DNA of 64,000 bases from assembly GCA_965207855.1 (NCBI GenBank), contig OZ242310.1, positions 3,444,202 through 3,508,201 on the forward strand. The letters are read 5' to 3'. This document shows, in pieces, positions 1 to 8,278 of this stretch. Below the pieces are notes generated by a model that was not told the origin of the DNA, ran no database searches, and worked only from the letters and a program-made list of their open reading frames with translations. The first letter of the stretch is position 1, and every line of letters starts with the position of its first letter. The DNA comes from Candidatus Poribacteria bacterium. GTDB lineage: Bacteria > Poribacteria > WGA-4E > WGA-3G. A program made the position numbers and the translations under genes.

Positions 1-51
1 ATCACAATCTGGTTTCCTTAGAGGGTGGCCCTAATTTCCGATGGCAGTACA
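1..51 (-). mobile_element. Terminal inverted repeat (left end) of a second IS3-family copy lying upstream of the window, in inverted orientation
   Basis: The reverse complement of 1..51 (TGTACTGCCATCGGAAATTAGGGCCACCCTCTAAGG...AGATTGTGAT) matches the left end of the IS at 40628.. over about 36 contiguous nt and more loosely beyond that. Confidence 0.6.
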
Positions 52-314
52 ATTAGTCAGTTTGGACTTGCAGAAATTTTTCAATCGGACGTAGTAAAGT
101 TGATTTTCATAGTTAATATTACGCAGTTAGCAGTTTTGGGCTTGGTTAAATTGAGTTTCACAATAAATAGTATACCATTTTTACGGGATTAATCGTTTTT
201 TACTTGCTGTGGGAATCTCAATAAGTCTGCTCTGGCTTTTTCTACAGATTATAGTATAGGTCTTATTTTCTCTTTAGTCGTCTAAATGGCTAACTCAACT
301 AATGGAGGGTAACC

Positions 315-845
315 ATGAAAACGACAAGGAATAAAACAGGAATTATTGTCATATTATTGTCAGTAATTCAATTTCTGGCTTGTGAAGAATCTATACCTGA
401 ACATAATCACCCGACTTCAGAAAACAGCCATGAAACACAAGACACTGTTTTTGATGAGAAAAAGGCTGAACTAAAAAGACTCCAAGTGTTTCAGAACTAT
501 CTGAACACTTTCAGTAAAGCGGTCGATGAAGCAGAAGCTGCCATTGCTAAAGGAGAAGAAGGTGGTTTTAGGATTGAAAAGTTTACAAATAGAATCTTTA
601 CGCTTGATGTCAGAATTACTTATATAGATTGGGATAGACAAACATTTTCCGCTAACGTAATTGAAACAAACGCCAATCTTAGAATAGATGTGGATGAAAA
701 TAGTATGGAAATTGTAGAGTCTACTATCGTAAAAGGTGAAAAGTATCTCCTAAAAGTAAAGATAATAGATATTGAAAAAGACGTGAGATTCGGGCTTTGG
801 ATAGATGAACCTCGCTTTCAAATTACCTGTCAACTTATTATCTGA
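315..845 (+). CDS. Hypothetical lipoprotein/secreted protein (176 aa)
   Basis: ATG preceded by GGAGGG RBS. The N-terminus MKTTRNKTGIIVILLSVIQFLAC looks like a lipoprotein signal. I do not recognise the family. Confidence 0.5.
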   Translation: MKTTRNKTGIIVILLSVIQFLACEESIPEHNHPTSENSHETQDTVFDEKKAELKRLQVFQNYLNTFSKAVDEAEAAIAKGEEGGFRIEKFTNRIFTLDVRITYIDWDRQTFSANVIETNANLRIDVDENSMEIVESTIVKGEKYLLKVKIIDIEKDVRFGLWIDEPRFQITCQLII

Positions 846-1114
846 TACTTTCTACCTTCACATTCAATTCAGAAAGTCGTGTGCGGTGAAAGTCGCACGC
901 ACGGTTTGGAGGGGCTGATAACTCGTGAGGGTTATTGGCTACCCTACAATAGAAGTTAGAAGTAAAGCAACTACCTTCAATTTTACAGGATTAACGAATA
1001 AATTTCAAACAGAAAACGAACAACAAACGACTTAGCCTCTGAAACAAGGGTAAGATTAAACTAGCTTGTATAAATAGCGTCCAAAAGTATAAATACGTCC
1101 AAAAGGAGTATCAT

Positions 1115-1519
1115 ATGGATAAACCGAACCCAAGTTCCGCAATCAAGATGAACGCTTATATTATCATGTTGCACCTTCGTTCACAAGGCTGGACAAATTT
1201 CACAGAGATTAAGAAACTATTTGGTTGGGAACGCTTTAAAATGGCAGTCGCTATTGACAGTGTTGGACACATCAATGCCACAATTGACTATCTCTCGGAA
1301 AAATGGAACGAAGATATACCCAAAATTAATGCCTTTGTCTTTACTGATGTAACTGAATCCACGGACTACATTTGCAAGAACGTTTTTGGTAAAAGTGGTG
1401 AGGAGGAGCAACCTCGCTCTAAAGAAATCGCTGCACACGCTGCTAAAATTGCTGCATATCCTAACTGGGATAAAATTGTAGAATATTTAAGGTGTGAAGC
1501 GTTTCACGCAGCAAAGTGA
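1115..1519 (+). CDS. Hypothetical protein (134 aa)
   Basis: ORF with AAAAGGAG RBS 7 nt upstream of the ATG. No recognisable motifs. Confidence 0.4.
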   Translation: MDKPNPSSAIKMNAYIIMLHLRSQGWTNFTEIKKLFGWERFKMAVAIDSVGHINATIDYLSEKWNEDIPKINAFVFTDVTESTDYICKNVFGKSGEEEQPRSKEIAAHAAKIAAYPNWDKIVEYLRCEAFHAAK

Positions 1520-1592
1520 TTGTAAACGAATGTATACAAATCTTCACTTTTTCCGAACAAAAATTTTTTTACTTGACAAATATATGCAAAAT

Positions 1593-1733
1593 AGGGCTAT
1601 TTAGTTTTAAGAGTTAAGTTTATCTATGTAAAGCCGTCCCGTTTCCGGATGCCCGAATTTATTCGGGATAGCACACTTTCCCCCAACAAGTTGGGGCATC
1701 CGGATGTAAATTTTTGGAAAACTAAATGCCCCT
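1593..1733. repeat. MITE-like dispersed repeat, copy A: inverted termini AGGGCTATTTAGTTTTAAG ... AAAACTAAATGCCCCT with an internal palindrome CCGGATGCCC..GGGCATCCGG
   Basis: The termini are reverse complements of each other. The same roughly 17-nt terminus recurs at 4867, 10234, 10921, 11003, 40611 and 51207. Confidence 0.55.
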
Positions 1734-1972
1734 AAGCTTCCGTTCCCACTGATTCCCTGTAGGACGGGGAATGCCATACGGGGAAGCCCACACGGGAAAC
1801 CTCATACCGTTGGTTATTTCCTAATCCCGACTTCCCTATCTTCCATCCTTCCGTCTTATAGGAACTGACTTTATTAACCATCCTTGCGAATCGCTAACCG
1901 CTATCTGCCAACCATCAAAAGCATTTGACATAATCCCAAGATATGCTAAACTCTACATAAAGGAGACCCACA

Positions 1973-3028
1973 ATGAAGAAACCCATTCGCTTAGGACTCA
2001 TTGGCTGTGGCGGGATTGTTCAAAATACGCATGCCCGCGCCTATAGTGCACTTTCAGACACCGTTCAGGTAACCGCACTCGCAGACATCGTTCCAGAAAA
2101 CCTACAAAAAGTCGGAGAACAGTTCAGCGTACCAACAGAGAACCGATACGCAGATTATCGCGAGATGCTTGAACACGCACCTATTGATGTTGTAACTATC
2201 GCCACACCGCACGCATTCCACGCCGAGCAAGTCACTGAAGCCGCAAACGCAGGCGTGGCAGTTATTTCCGAAAAACCGATGGCAACGAACTTGGAAGAGG
2301 CGGACAGTATTCTAACAGCCGTACGTCGCAACGGTGTACCCTACACAGTCGTGCATAACTACCTTTTCAACGCCGGGATGAGAGCAGCGATGACAGAACT
2401 TGACGCGCTCGGTGAATCCCACTTTGGACGAAGCGTTGGAATGGGACTGAAACCGACGGATTTCTCAGCGGATCACCCGACACCGGCGTTTGCGTGGCGT
2501 GCCAGCAAGGCAAAAGGCGGCGGGTGTATCATTGACACCAGTTACCACGAAATCTATTCTGTTTGTGCTTTGATGCAATCACCCGTCCGATATGTTGAGG
2601 CGCGCGTCCAAACCCTCCGTTTCGATATTGATGTCGATGACATTGCTATGTTGCTCTGTGAACACGAAAACGGCGGAATCACGACTGTATCGGGAGCGTG
2701 GTGCGTACCTGCCACAGATTTCGGGTGGTGCGAGATGCACGCTGAAAACGGTTCTCTGCGCGTCCGACATCGCGTAAATGTAGCGGACGCGCTGCGCCGC
2801 TTCACTAGGGCGGATGGATGGAAGGAATTAGAACTCCCTGAATTTAGCGAAGCCGATCAGAAGGACGCAAGCGGACATATCCGCTATTTCACGGAGACCT
2901 TTAATGCCCTTGCAGCGGATGCACCATTACCCGTAGATCCGAAGAAGGCGTATCACAACCTCGCTATTATCGAAGCCGCGCGTAAAGCAACCACAGAACG
3001 CCGCGCAATTGAGATTCCGTCGGCGTAA
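1973..3028 (+). CDS. Gfo/Idh/MocA family NAD(P)-dependent oxidoreductase
   Basis: N-terminal Rossmann motif IRLGLIGCGGIVQNTHARAY. Length is 351 aa. A TTGACA-N17-TAAACT promoter sits near 1923. Confidence 0.8.
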   Translation: MKKPIRLGLIGCGGIVQNTHARAYSALSDTVQVTALADIVPENLQKVGEQFSVPTENRYADYREMLEHAPIDVVTIATPHAFHAEQVTEAANAGVAVISEKPMATNLEEADSILTAVRRNGVPYTVVHNYLFNAGMRAAMTELDALGESHFGRSVGMGLKPTDFSADHPTPAFAWRASKAKGGGCIIDTSYHEIYSVCALMQSPVRYVEARVQTLRFDIDVDDIAMLLCEHENGGITTVSGAWCVPATDFGWCEMHAENGSLRVRHRVNVADALRRFTRADGWKELELPEFSEADQKDASGHIRYFTETFNALAADAPLPVDPKKAYHNLAIIEAARKATTERRAIEIPSA

Positions 3029-3113
3029 ACGTTTAAAGTTTATCCTCCGGCTGCTGGCGAGGTTAGGAAACCTCGCCAAGTATCAAATCCCGCATTTTCA
3101 GAAAGGAAATAAA

Positions 3114-3545
3114 ATGAAAAAAAGCCTGCTATTCCATATTTTGGTCGTTTTGATGGCGATGTTCAGCTTCAACTTTCCCGTGACTGCTATTGCACAGCAG
3201 CACACCACAGTCGTGGACGCAAAGACTGCCGCTGAATACGATGCTGAGGATGATGTCAATACGGCAATATGGCTCGCTGCTGGTGGGATTTTGGGAGTGG
3301 TGGGTAATCTTCCACTAAGTGCCGTCGCTGTCGGTGGTGCGTATGTCTATCAGCCTGTACCACCCGCGGAGCGGTTGCTCGGCAAATCAGCGGAATACGT
3401 CACTATTTACACGGATGCTTACAAAGCCAAGTCACGTAATCTGCGATTGATTGCTGCTGGAAAAGGGGCACTCGGTGGATCGGCTGTCTTCTGCATGTTA
3501 GGGATGGTTAAGATAAAGCCGTGGGCGGATTTCGTTCTCTGGTAG
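3114..3545 (+). CDS. Hypothetical secreted protein (start re-called at internal ATG with RBS; track ORF is 3009..3545)
   Basis: MKKSLLFHILVVLMAMFSFNFPVTAIAQQ is a signal peptide, and GAAAGGAAATAAAATG is an RBS. The 35 aa upstream in the track ORF are basic and not convincing as coding. Confidence 0.45.
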   Translation: MKKSLLFHILVVLMAMFSFNFPVTAIAQQHTTVVDAKTAAEYDAEDDVNTAIWLAAGGILGVVGNLPLSAVAVGGAYVYQPVPPAERLLGKSAEYVTIYTDAYKAKSRNLRLIAAGKGALGGSAVFCMLGMVKIKPWADFVLW

Positions 3546-3547
3546 GA

Positions 3548-3588
3548 ATTGGCAATTAGCAGTTAGCAATTGCTAACCACTAACCGCC
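3548..3588. repeat. CAATTGCTAAC-type palindromic intergenic repeat (GGCAATTAGCAGTTAGCAATTGCTAACCACTAACC) between convergent genes
   Basis: It contains the perfect palindrome TTAGCAATTGCTAA. Related words recur at about 5005-5033, 6116-6210, 12904-12995 and 47380-47427. Confidence 0.45.
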
Positions 3589-3608
3589 CTATGCTGATAG
3601 CCAAAAAA

Positions 3609-4727
3609 TCACGCCAATATATGTCGTAAGGCGTTTGCGATAATATACTCTTCACCGGCATTGAGGGTGTATGCATTAATAACCAGCGCCTTTTTGCCCT
3701 GTGCGTTCACTTTAATCCTCGGTGTGCCAGCATCAAGTTCCTGTGTGATTTGTGCAGCGTCCTTCCCAGTAATAGCGGCATCAATCTTCACGTGCAGATT
3801 CGACAGTGTATGGCTCCTTTCCGGGTAGTGAACTTCGCACGATACACCGTCAACGCTCGCAAGTTCATGTGCTAATGCTTCATATCTGGCATCTTGTTCC
3901 TTTAGGCGTTTATCGTGGTCGGTGGACAACCAAATATCGATAGCAGTTACCAATCCGATAATCTCCTGTCTATCTACTTTCATGCCGCGTCCGACAGGTC
4001 TCGGTCCAATGAAACCGTGCTGCCGCACTGTTTCGATCATGTCTTTTCTTCCACAGACGAAACCCGTTGAATGTGGCGCGTTGAAATACTTGCCCCCAAA
4101 ACAGACAAGGTCAGCGGATTGGGCATTCCGACGGAAATAGTCAAGCGGATAGATTTGGGCGGCTGCATCAGCAATCACTGGGAGATTGTGTGAGCGGGCA
4201 ATCTCAGTCGCATCTGCTAACGACACGCCATTTTCGTGCTCTGCTTGAATAAGATAGGCAACCGCCGCTGTATTTTCATTGATGGCAGCCGCTAACGCCT
4301 CGTTCGTGCAACCGTTGTCATCGCCAACGTAAATGAGTTTACTCCCAGGAATCGTAAACGCACGATCGTAGGTGTAATGTTGCATCTTCTGAAAAACGAT
4401 TTCATTCTTAAGCCCGCTGGTGTCTGGCAGTTGTGCCATTTTGTCAGGATCGTTTCCCGTCATCACTGTTGCTGATGCCAAAACGAGTGCCGTATAGCAC
4501 CCGGCGGTAATATAGGCATCCTCAACACCGAGTCGTTCCGCTATGAATTGTCCAGATTTTTCCAACAATTCTGCCATTTCGACGTAGCTCGCATCGGCTT
4601 CAAACATCGCTTTGCGAACGGCTGCTGAAGGTGTGGACCCACCGCGCACAGTCTGGTTTCCCTGAGCGTTAATTAGGGGCCGTGCCCCGAGTTTTTTATA
4701 GACGTTTCCCCAACTTGTAGTCGCCAT
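3609..4727 (-). CDS. SelA-like / DgaE-like PLP-dependent enzyme (L-seryl-tRNA selenium transferase-related family, COG1921-type)
   Basis: 372 aa. The FGGKYFNAPHSTGFV segment is a candidate PLP-lysine region. Overall similarity to the SelA-like aminotransferase fold is recalled from memory. Confidence 0.5.
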   Translation of the reverse strand: MATTSWGNVYKKLGARPLINAQGNQTVRGGSTPSAAVRKAMFEADASYVEMAELLEKSGQFIAERLGVEDAYITAGCYTALVLASATVMTGNDPDKMAQLPDTSGLKNEIVFQKMQHYTYDRAFTIPGSKLIYVGDDNGCTNEALAAAINENTAAVAYLIQAEHENGVSLADATEIARSHNLPVIADAAAQIYPLDYFRRNAQSADLVCFGGKYFNAPHSTGFVCGRKDMIETVRQHGFIGPRPVGRGMKVDRQEIIGLVTAIDIWLSTDHDKRLKEQDARYEALAHELASVDGVSCEVHYPERSHTLSNLHVKIDAAITGKDAAQITQELDAGTPRIKVNAQGKKALVINAYTLNAGEEYIIANALRHILA

Positions 4728-4780
4728 GAGATAGCCTCCTTAGTATAAGGATTCTCTGTAACACGGTCATTCAGTTCTTC

Positions 4781-4839
4781 TGTAGGAGGGATTTCCTAAT
4801 CCCGACTTCTTCTTGTAGGAGCGAGCTCCCGTTCGCGAC
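4781..4839. repeat. Two tandem REP-like units: TGTAGGAGGGATTTCCTAATCCCGAC and TGTAGGAGCGAGCTCCCGTTCGCGAC
   Basis: Same unit architecture (TGTAGGAG + short hairpin + GAC) as 10123..10147 and 16276..16301. The copy of the MITE terminus AAAACTAAATAACCCTG lies at 4867..4883. Confidence 0.5.
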
Positions 4840-5033
4840 CTTCCGCTCCAGATGTGCAAAAAGCCTAAAACTAAATAACCCTGTTTCTGTAACTCAAAAG
4901 AGAAAGCGTTAACGGTTTTGGGTGAGAAATCTAAGCACACTTTAATACGAAACGCACAATTTGTCAACTCGTTTAATGTTTTTATTCGATGACTACTAAA
5001 CGATCGCTGACTGCTGACAATTGCTAACAGCCC

Positions 5034-6017
5034 TTAAAGAATCGTCAATTCATCTTCCTCACTGCTCTCCGCCAGAACCGCCACTAATTCGTTCGCAACC
5101 CCCCCAAAGGCTTCCGATTGCGGCGACTCCGGATTCCCAGCAACGATCGGAACCCCGATGTCCCCTGCAGTGCAAACTTCAGCGTCAAGCGGAATTTGCC
5201 CTAAGAACGTGACACCAAATCGCTCACTTGTATTCCTACCGCCATCGGCACTAAAAATCTCCGTCTTTTCATTGCAGTGCGGGCAGAGGAAGTAACTCAT
5301 GTTTTCTATAATCCCCAGAATCGGCACACCGAGACGTTCAAACATAGCGACCCCTCGCCGGACATCCGCAAGCGCAACGTCTTGGGGCGTTGTAACGATA
5401 ACTGCTCCAGTCAACGGGATCGCCTGTGTTAAGGTGAGCGCAACATCTCCTGTCCCAGGGGGGAGGTCGATAATCAGATAGTCGAGTTCACCCCACGCGA
5501 CGTCGCTCAGGAATTGACGGATCGCACTGTGCAGCATCGGCCCTCGCCAGATCATCGCCTGTTCTTCCGGCACCATGAACCCGATCGACATCAGTTTAAT
5601 GTTATGCCGAACCAACGGGATGAGTTTGCGTTCCGGACTCGTCCGTGGACGTTCTTGAATCCCCATCATCGTTGGGATACTCGGACCGTAGGCATCCGCG
5701 TCCATCAAGCCGACTTTCGCACCGGCGTTTGCAAGCGAAATTGCCATATTCGTGGCGACAGTCGATTTCCCGACACCCCCCTTGCCACTCGCAACGGCGA
5801 TTTTATGTTTTATATTTGGTAAAGTAATGTTCTGTTGCGGGGTTTGTTGTTGTGCTGTTTGCTGTTGTGGACGAGGCTGTTGCTCTTGCCGTCCAGGGAT
5901 TTGTGAACCGCTGATGACCTGTAGCTCTGGGTGTTCCTTTGCTGTCGGACCTGATGCGGGTTTCGGACCTGATGCGGGTTTCGGTTTTTTTGTGTCGCCT
6001 TTTTTCAAAAATCTCAT
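5034..6017 (-). CDS. apbC: Mrp/ApbC/NBP35-family Fe-S cluster carrier ATPase (start re-called at MRFLKK; track ORF extends to 6068)
   Basis: Deviant Walker A KIAVASGKGGVGKST, and CPHC near the C-terminus. GAGGAGG sits 6 nt upstream of the ATG at about 6017. The N-terminus carries an unusual low-complexity KPKPASGPKPASGP/Q-rich segment. Confidence 0.8.
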   Translation of the reverse strand: MRFLKKGDTKKPKPASGPKPASGPTAKEHPELQVISGSQIPGRQEQQPRPQQQTAQQQTPQQNITLPNIKHKIAVASGKGGVGKSTVATNMAISLANAGAKVGLMDADAYGPSIPTMMGIQERPRTSPERKLIPLVRHNIKLMSIGFMVPEEQAMIWRGPMLHSAIRQFLSDVAWGELDYLIIDLPPGTGDVALTLTQAIPLTGAVIVTTPQDVALADVRRGVAMFERLGVPILGIIENMSYFLCPHCNEKTEIFSADGGRNTSERFGVTFLGQIPLDAEVCTAGDIGVPIVAGNPESPQSEAFGGVANELVAVLAESSEEDELTIL

Positions 6018-6233
6018 GTTTGTCCTCCTCATTGATTCGGTTTTATCCAGCATTCTAATCTGCTGCAAAATAGTTTAACACTTTTTCTCTTAATTTTGTA
6101 TAATATCATGAATCGACAATTAGCGGTTAGCAGTCAGGGACTGATGGTTACTGATAACCGACAGTGAGCGCAGCGAATGTCCTAATCGCTAATTGCCAAT
6201 TGCTGACAGCCATTACAAAAGGAGTTTTTTTTT

Positions 6234-6899
6234 ATGAACATTCTCATGTTGCGCCATTCCGCCGGTTTTGAGCACTCGTATCTACCCAATGCTGAGGTTA
6301 CACTGAAGCAGCTGGGTGCAGAAAACGGTTGGAACGTCCTTACAACACACCGTTGCGAACTGATAAACGCTGAAAACCTTGAAAAACAGGACCTCGTCGC
6401 ATTCGCAACCACCGGTAATCTCGCTTTTGATGAGGCGCAGAAAGAGGCACTCCTGAGTTTCGTACGCAACGGAAAAGCCTTCTTGGGCATCCATAACGCA
6501 ACAGATACCTGCTACGATTGGCCCGAATACGGCGAGATGCTCGGCGGCTATTTCGCTGGACACCCGTGGCACGAAGAAGTCAATGTCATCGTTGAGGATT
6601 CCGACCATCCCGCAACCCGCATGCTCGGCAGTAGCTTCAAGGTTGTTGATGAAATTTATACCTTCAAGAACTGGGATCGCAACAAAACCCGCGTCCTCAT
6701 GCGCTTGGACAACGACTCTATCGATCTCTCTCGCGGAAACCGTGAAGACCACGATTACGCGCTCGGATGGTGTCATACTTACGGTCAAGGACGCGTGATG
6801 TACACAGCACTCGGCCATCCTGATGAACTCTGGGACCAAAAATGGTTCCATGAACACATTGTTGGATGTATCAGATGGGCTGCCGGACTCGAAGACTAA
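6234..6899 (+). CDS. ThuA-like (trehalose-utilisation ThuA / class-I glutamine amidotransferase-like fold) protein
   Basis: 221 aa. Residues are conserved across the ThuA-like region. The convergent neighbour is a Gfo/Idh/MocA (ThuB-like) oxidoreductase, which is the classical ThuA/ThuB pairing. Confidence 0.55.
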   Translation: MNILMLRHSAGFEHSYLPNAEVTLKQLGAENGWNVLTTHRCELINAENLEKQDLVAFATTGNLAFDEAQKEALLSFVRNGKAFLGIHNATDTCYDWPEYGEMLGGYFAGHPWHEEVNVIVEDSDHPATRMLGSSFKVVDEIYTFKNWDRNKTRVLMRLDNDSIDLSRGNREDHDYALGWCHTYGQGRVMYTALGHPDELWDQKWFHEHIVGCIRWAAGLED

Positions 6900-6933
6900 C
6901 TGCTATCCACACACTTCATAGCCGAGCTCCAAG

Positions 6934-6958
6934 GCGCGCTGCGTGCGCGCCCTTTTCT
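6934..6958. terminator. Bidirectional rho-independent terminator GGCGCGCTGCGTGCGCGCC + TTTTCT
   Basis: A 7-bp perfect GC stem between convergent genes, with T-runs on both sides. Confidence 0.6.
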
Positions 6959-6971
6959 ATCACCCTTCCAT

Positions 6972-7973
6972 TCAATCCGCTATAACACCTGTTGCCCGCA
7001 AAAGCGTCTCCTGCACCAACAATTCATGCGATACCGGACGATCAGGTTCCTGCTCTCCTGCGATAGTCGCTAAGAACGCATCCAACTCCAGTTCATAAGT
7101 CCGTTGACGGCTTTCACCATCTATCTCCACGATCTGCTCACCCGCTACATACCCATCTTTTGCTTCCTCCAGACAGAGGCGAATCTTCAACCCCGGTTCA
7201 AAGGGTTCAACGATGATAGCACTTCCCTCACTACCGTAAACTTCAAACCGACGCGCAACCGGTCGAGGCTCCAAAGCGGAGATAGATATGAACGCCATCG
7301 CCTTCTCGAATTCATACACCGTCAATGTATTGTCTTTGAAAGGTTCGACCGAATCGCCATCATTTCGGAGGAAAGCGGTCACCTTTTCCGGACGTCCAAG
7401 GAGCCACAGGACCTGATCGAGGACGTGTCCACCTAAATCGAAAAAGATACCGCCGATGTGTTCACTGATGCGCTTGCGTGATTCGTGAGGAATGTTGGTT
7501 GACATGTGGGCACGAACCGAAAAAACATCGCCTAAAAAGCCGGATTTCACCCACTCAGCGACCTGTTTAAAGGCAGAGTGATACCGCAACATATACCCCA
7601 TCTGCACGAGCAGCGATTTTTCTTGGGCGGTATTGATAACCCGTTGCCACTGTTCCCAGTTTTCACCAGCCGGTTTATCGTACCAGACGTGTTTACCAGC
7701 GTTCACAATCTCCTCAGTCTGATCCAAACTTTCGGCATTATTCCCTTCCGAAGCAATTGCGACAATAGTGTCATCATTTAGCATCTCCGCTGCGTCCGTG
7801 TACCAATGGACCTCCGCAAATCTGCCACCGTCATTTTGCAGTTTTGTGCGTTGTTCCGCATCCGGTTCAAACACGCCTGCAACTTCAACATCAGGGTTCA
7901 CAAGCATCGCCTGCAGCTTCCCCCCTGCGTGCCCATGTTTCGTCCCATACTGTGCCATCCGTATTTTTGCCAT
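6972..7973 (-). CDS. Gfo/Idh/MocA family oxidoreductase (ThuB-like)
   Basis: 333 aa. The N-terminal dinucleotide-binding region is IRMAQYGTKHGHAGG. Confidence 0.75.
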   Translation of the reverse strand: MAKIRMAQYGTKHGHAGGKLQAMLVNPDVEVAGVFEPDAEQRTKLQNDGGRFAEVHWYTDAAEMLNDDTIVAIASEGNNAESLDQTEEIVNAGKHVWYDKPAGENWEQWQRVINTAQEKSLLVQMGYMLRYHSAFKQVAEWVKSGFLGDVFSVRAHMSTNIPHESRKRISEHIGGIFFDLGGHVLDQVLWLLGRPEKVTAFLRNDGDSVEPFKDNTLTVYEFEKAMAFISISALEPRPVARRFEVYGSEGSAIIVEPFEPGLKIRLCLEEAKDGYVAGEQIVEIDGESRQRTYELELDAFLATIAGEQEPDRPVSHELLVQETLLRATGVIAD

Positions 7974-8212
7974 AGTTCATCTCCAAAGTCCGAAGTTTAT
8001 AGAAAAATTTATACCTTAGGACTTACGCACTGTAGCATAAGCTGTTAGTTTGTGCAATCTGAAGCGTTGATAGATACCACAGATATCCACAACTTCTAAC
8101 AGCGTAATAGACGGAATGACCGCATTTTGCGTAAGTCCTATACCTATTATATCCGCACTCAATCGAAAGTCAAGGGAAATCCAAAATCACAACTGAAAAC
8201 TACAACACAATC

Positions 8213-8247
8213 CACTTGACAATTCCATCCAAATATATTAAAATTTA
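8213..8247 (+). promoter_or_regulatory. Sigma70-like promoter TTGACA-N17-TAAAAT upstream of argJ
   Basis: ACTTGACAATTCCATCCAAATATATTAAAAT, followed by AAGGAG and the ATG at 8279. Confidence 0.5.
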
Positions 8248-8278
8248 CCCTACATTTTTTTAAGGAGCGTTCATATAA

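Noticed and set aside
845-1115. Small hairpin GTGTGCGGTGAAAGTCGCACGC after the first hypothetical gene
   Set aside because: It is short and has no T-run. I saw no recurrence elsewhere in the window, so there is not enough evidence for a terminator or repeat.
5752-6078. Cys-rich 108-aa ORF (CCGVCCCAVCCCGRGCCSC) that looks like a metallothionein or bacteriocin
   Set aside because: It is the reverse-strand reading of the Q/P/K-rich low-complexity N-terminal tail of the Mrp ATPase. The Cys codons are the complements of the GCA/CAA repeats, so it is a composition artefact.
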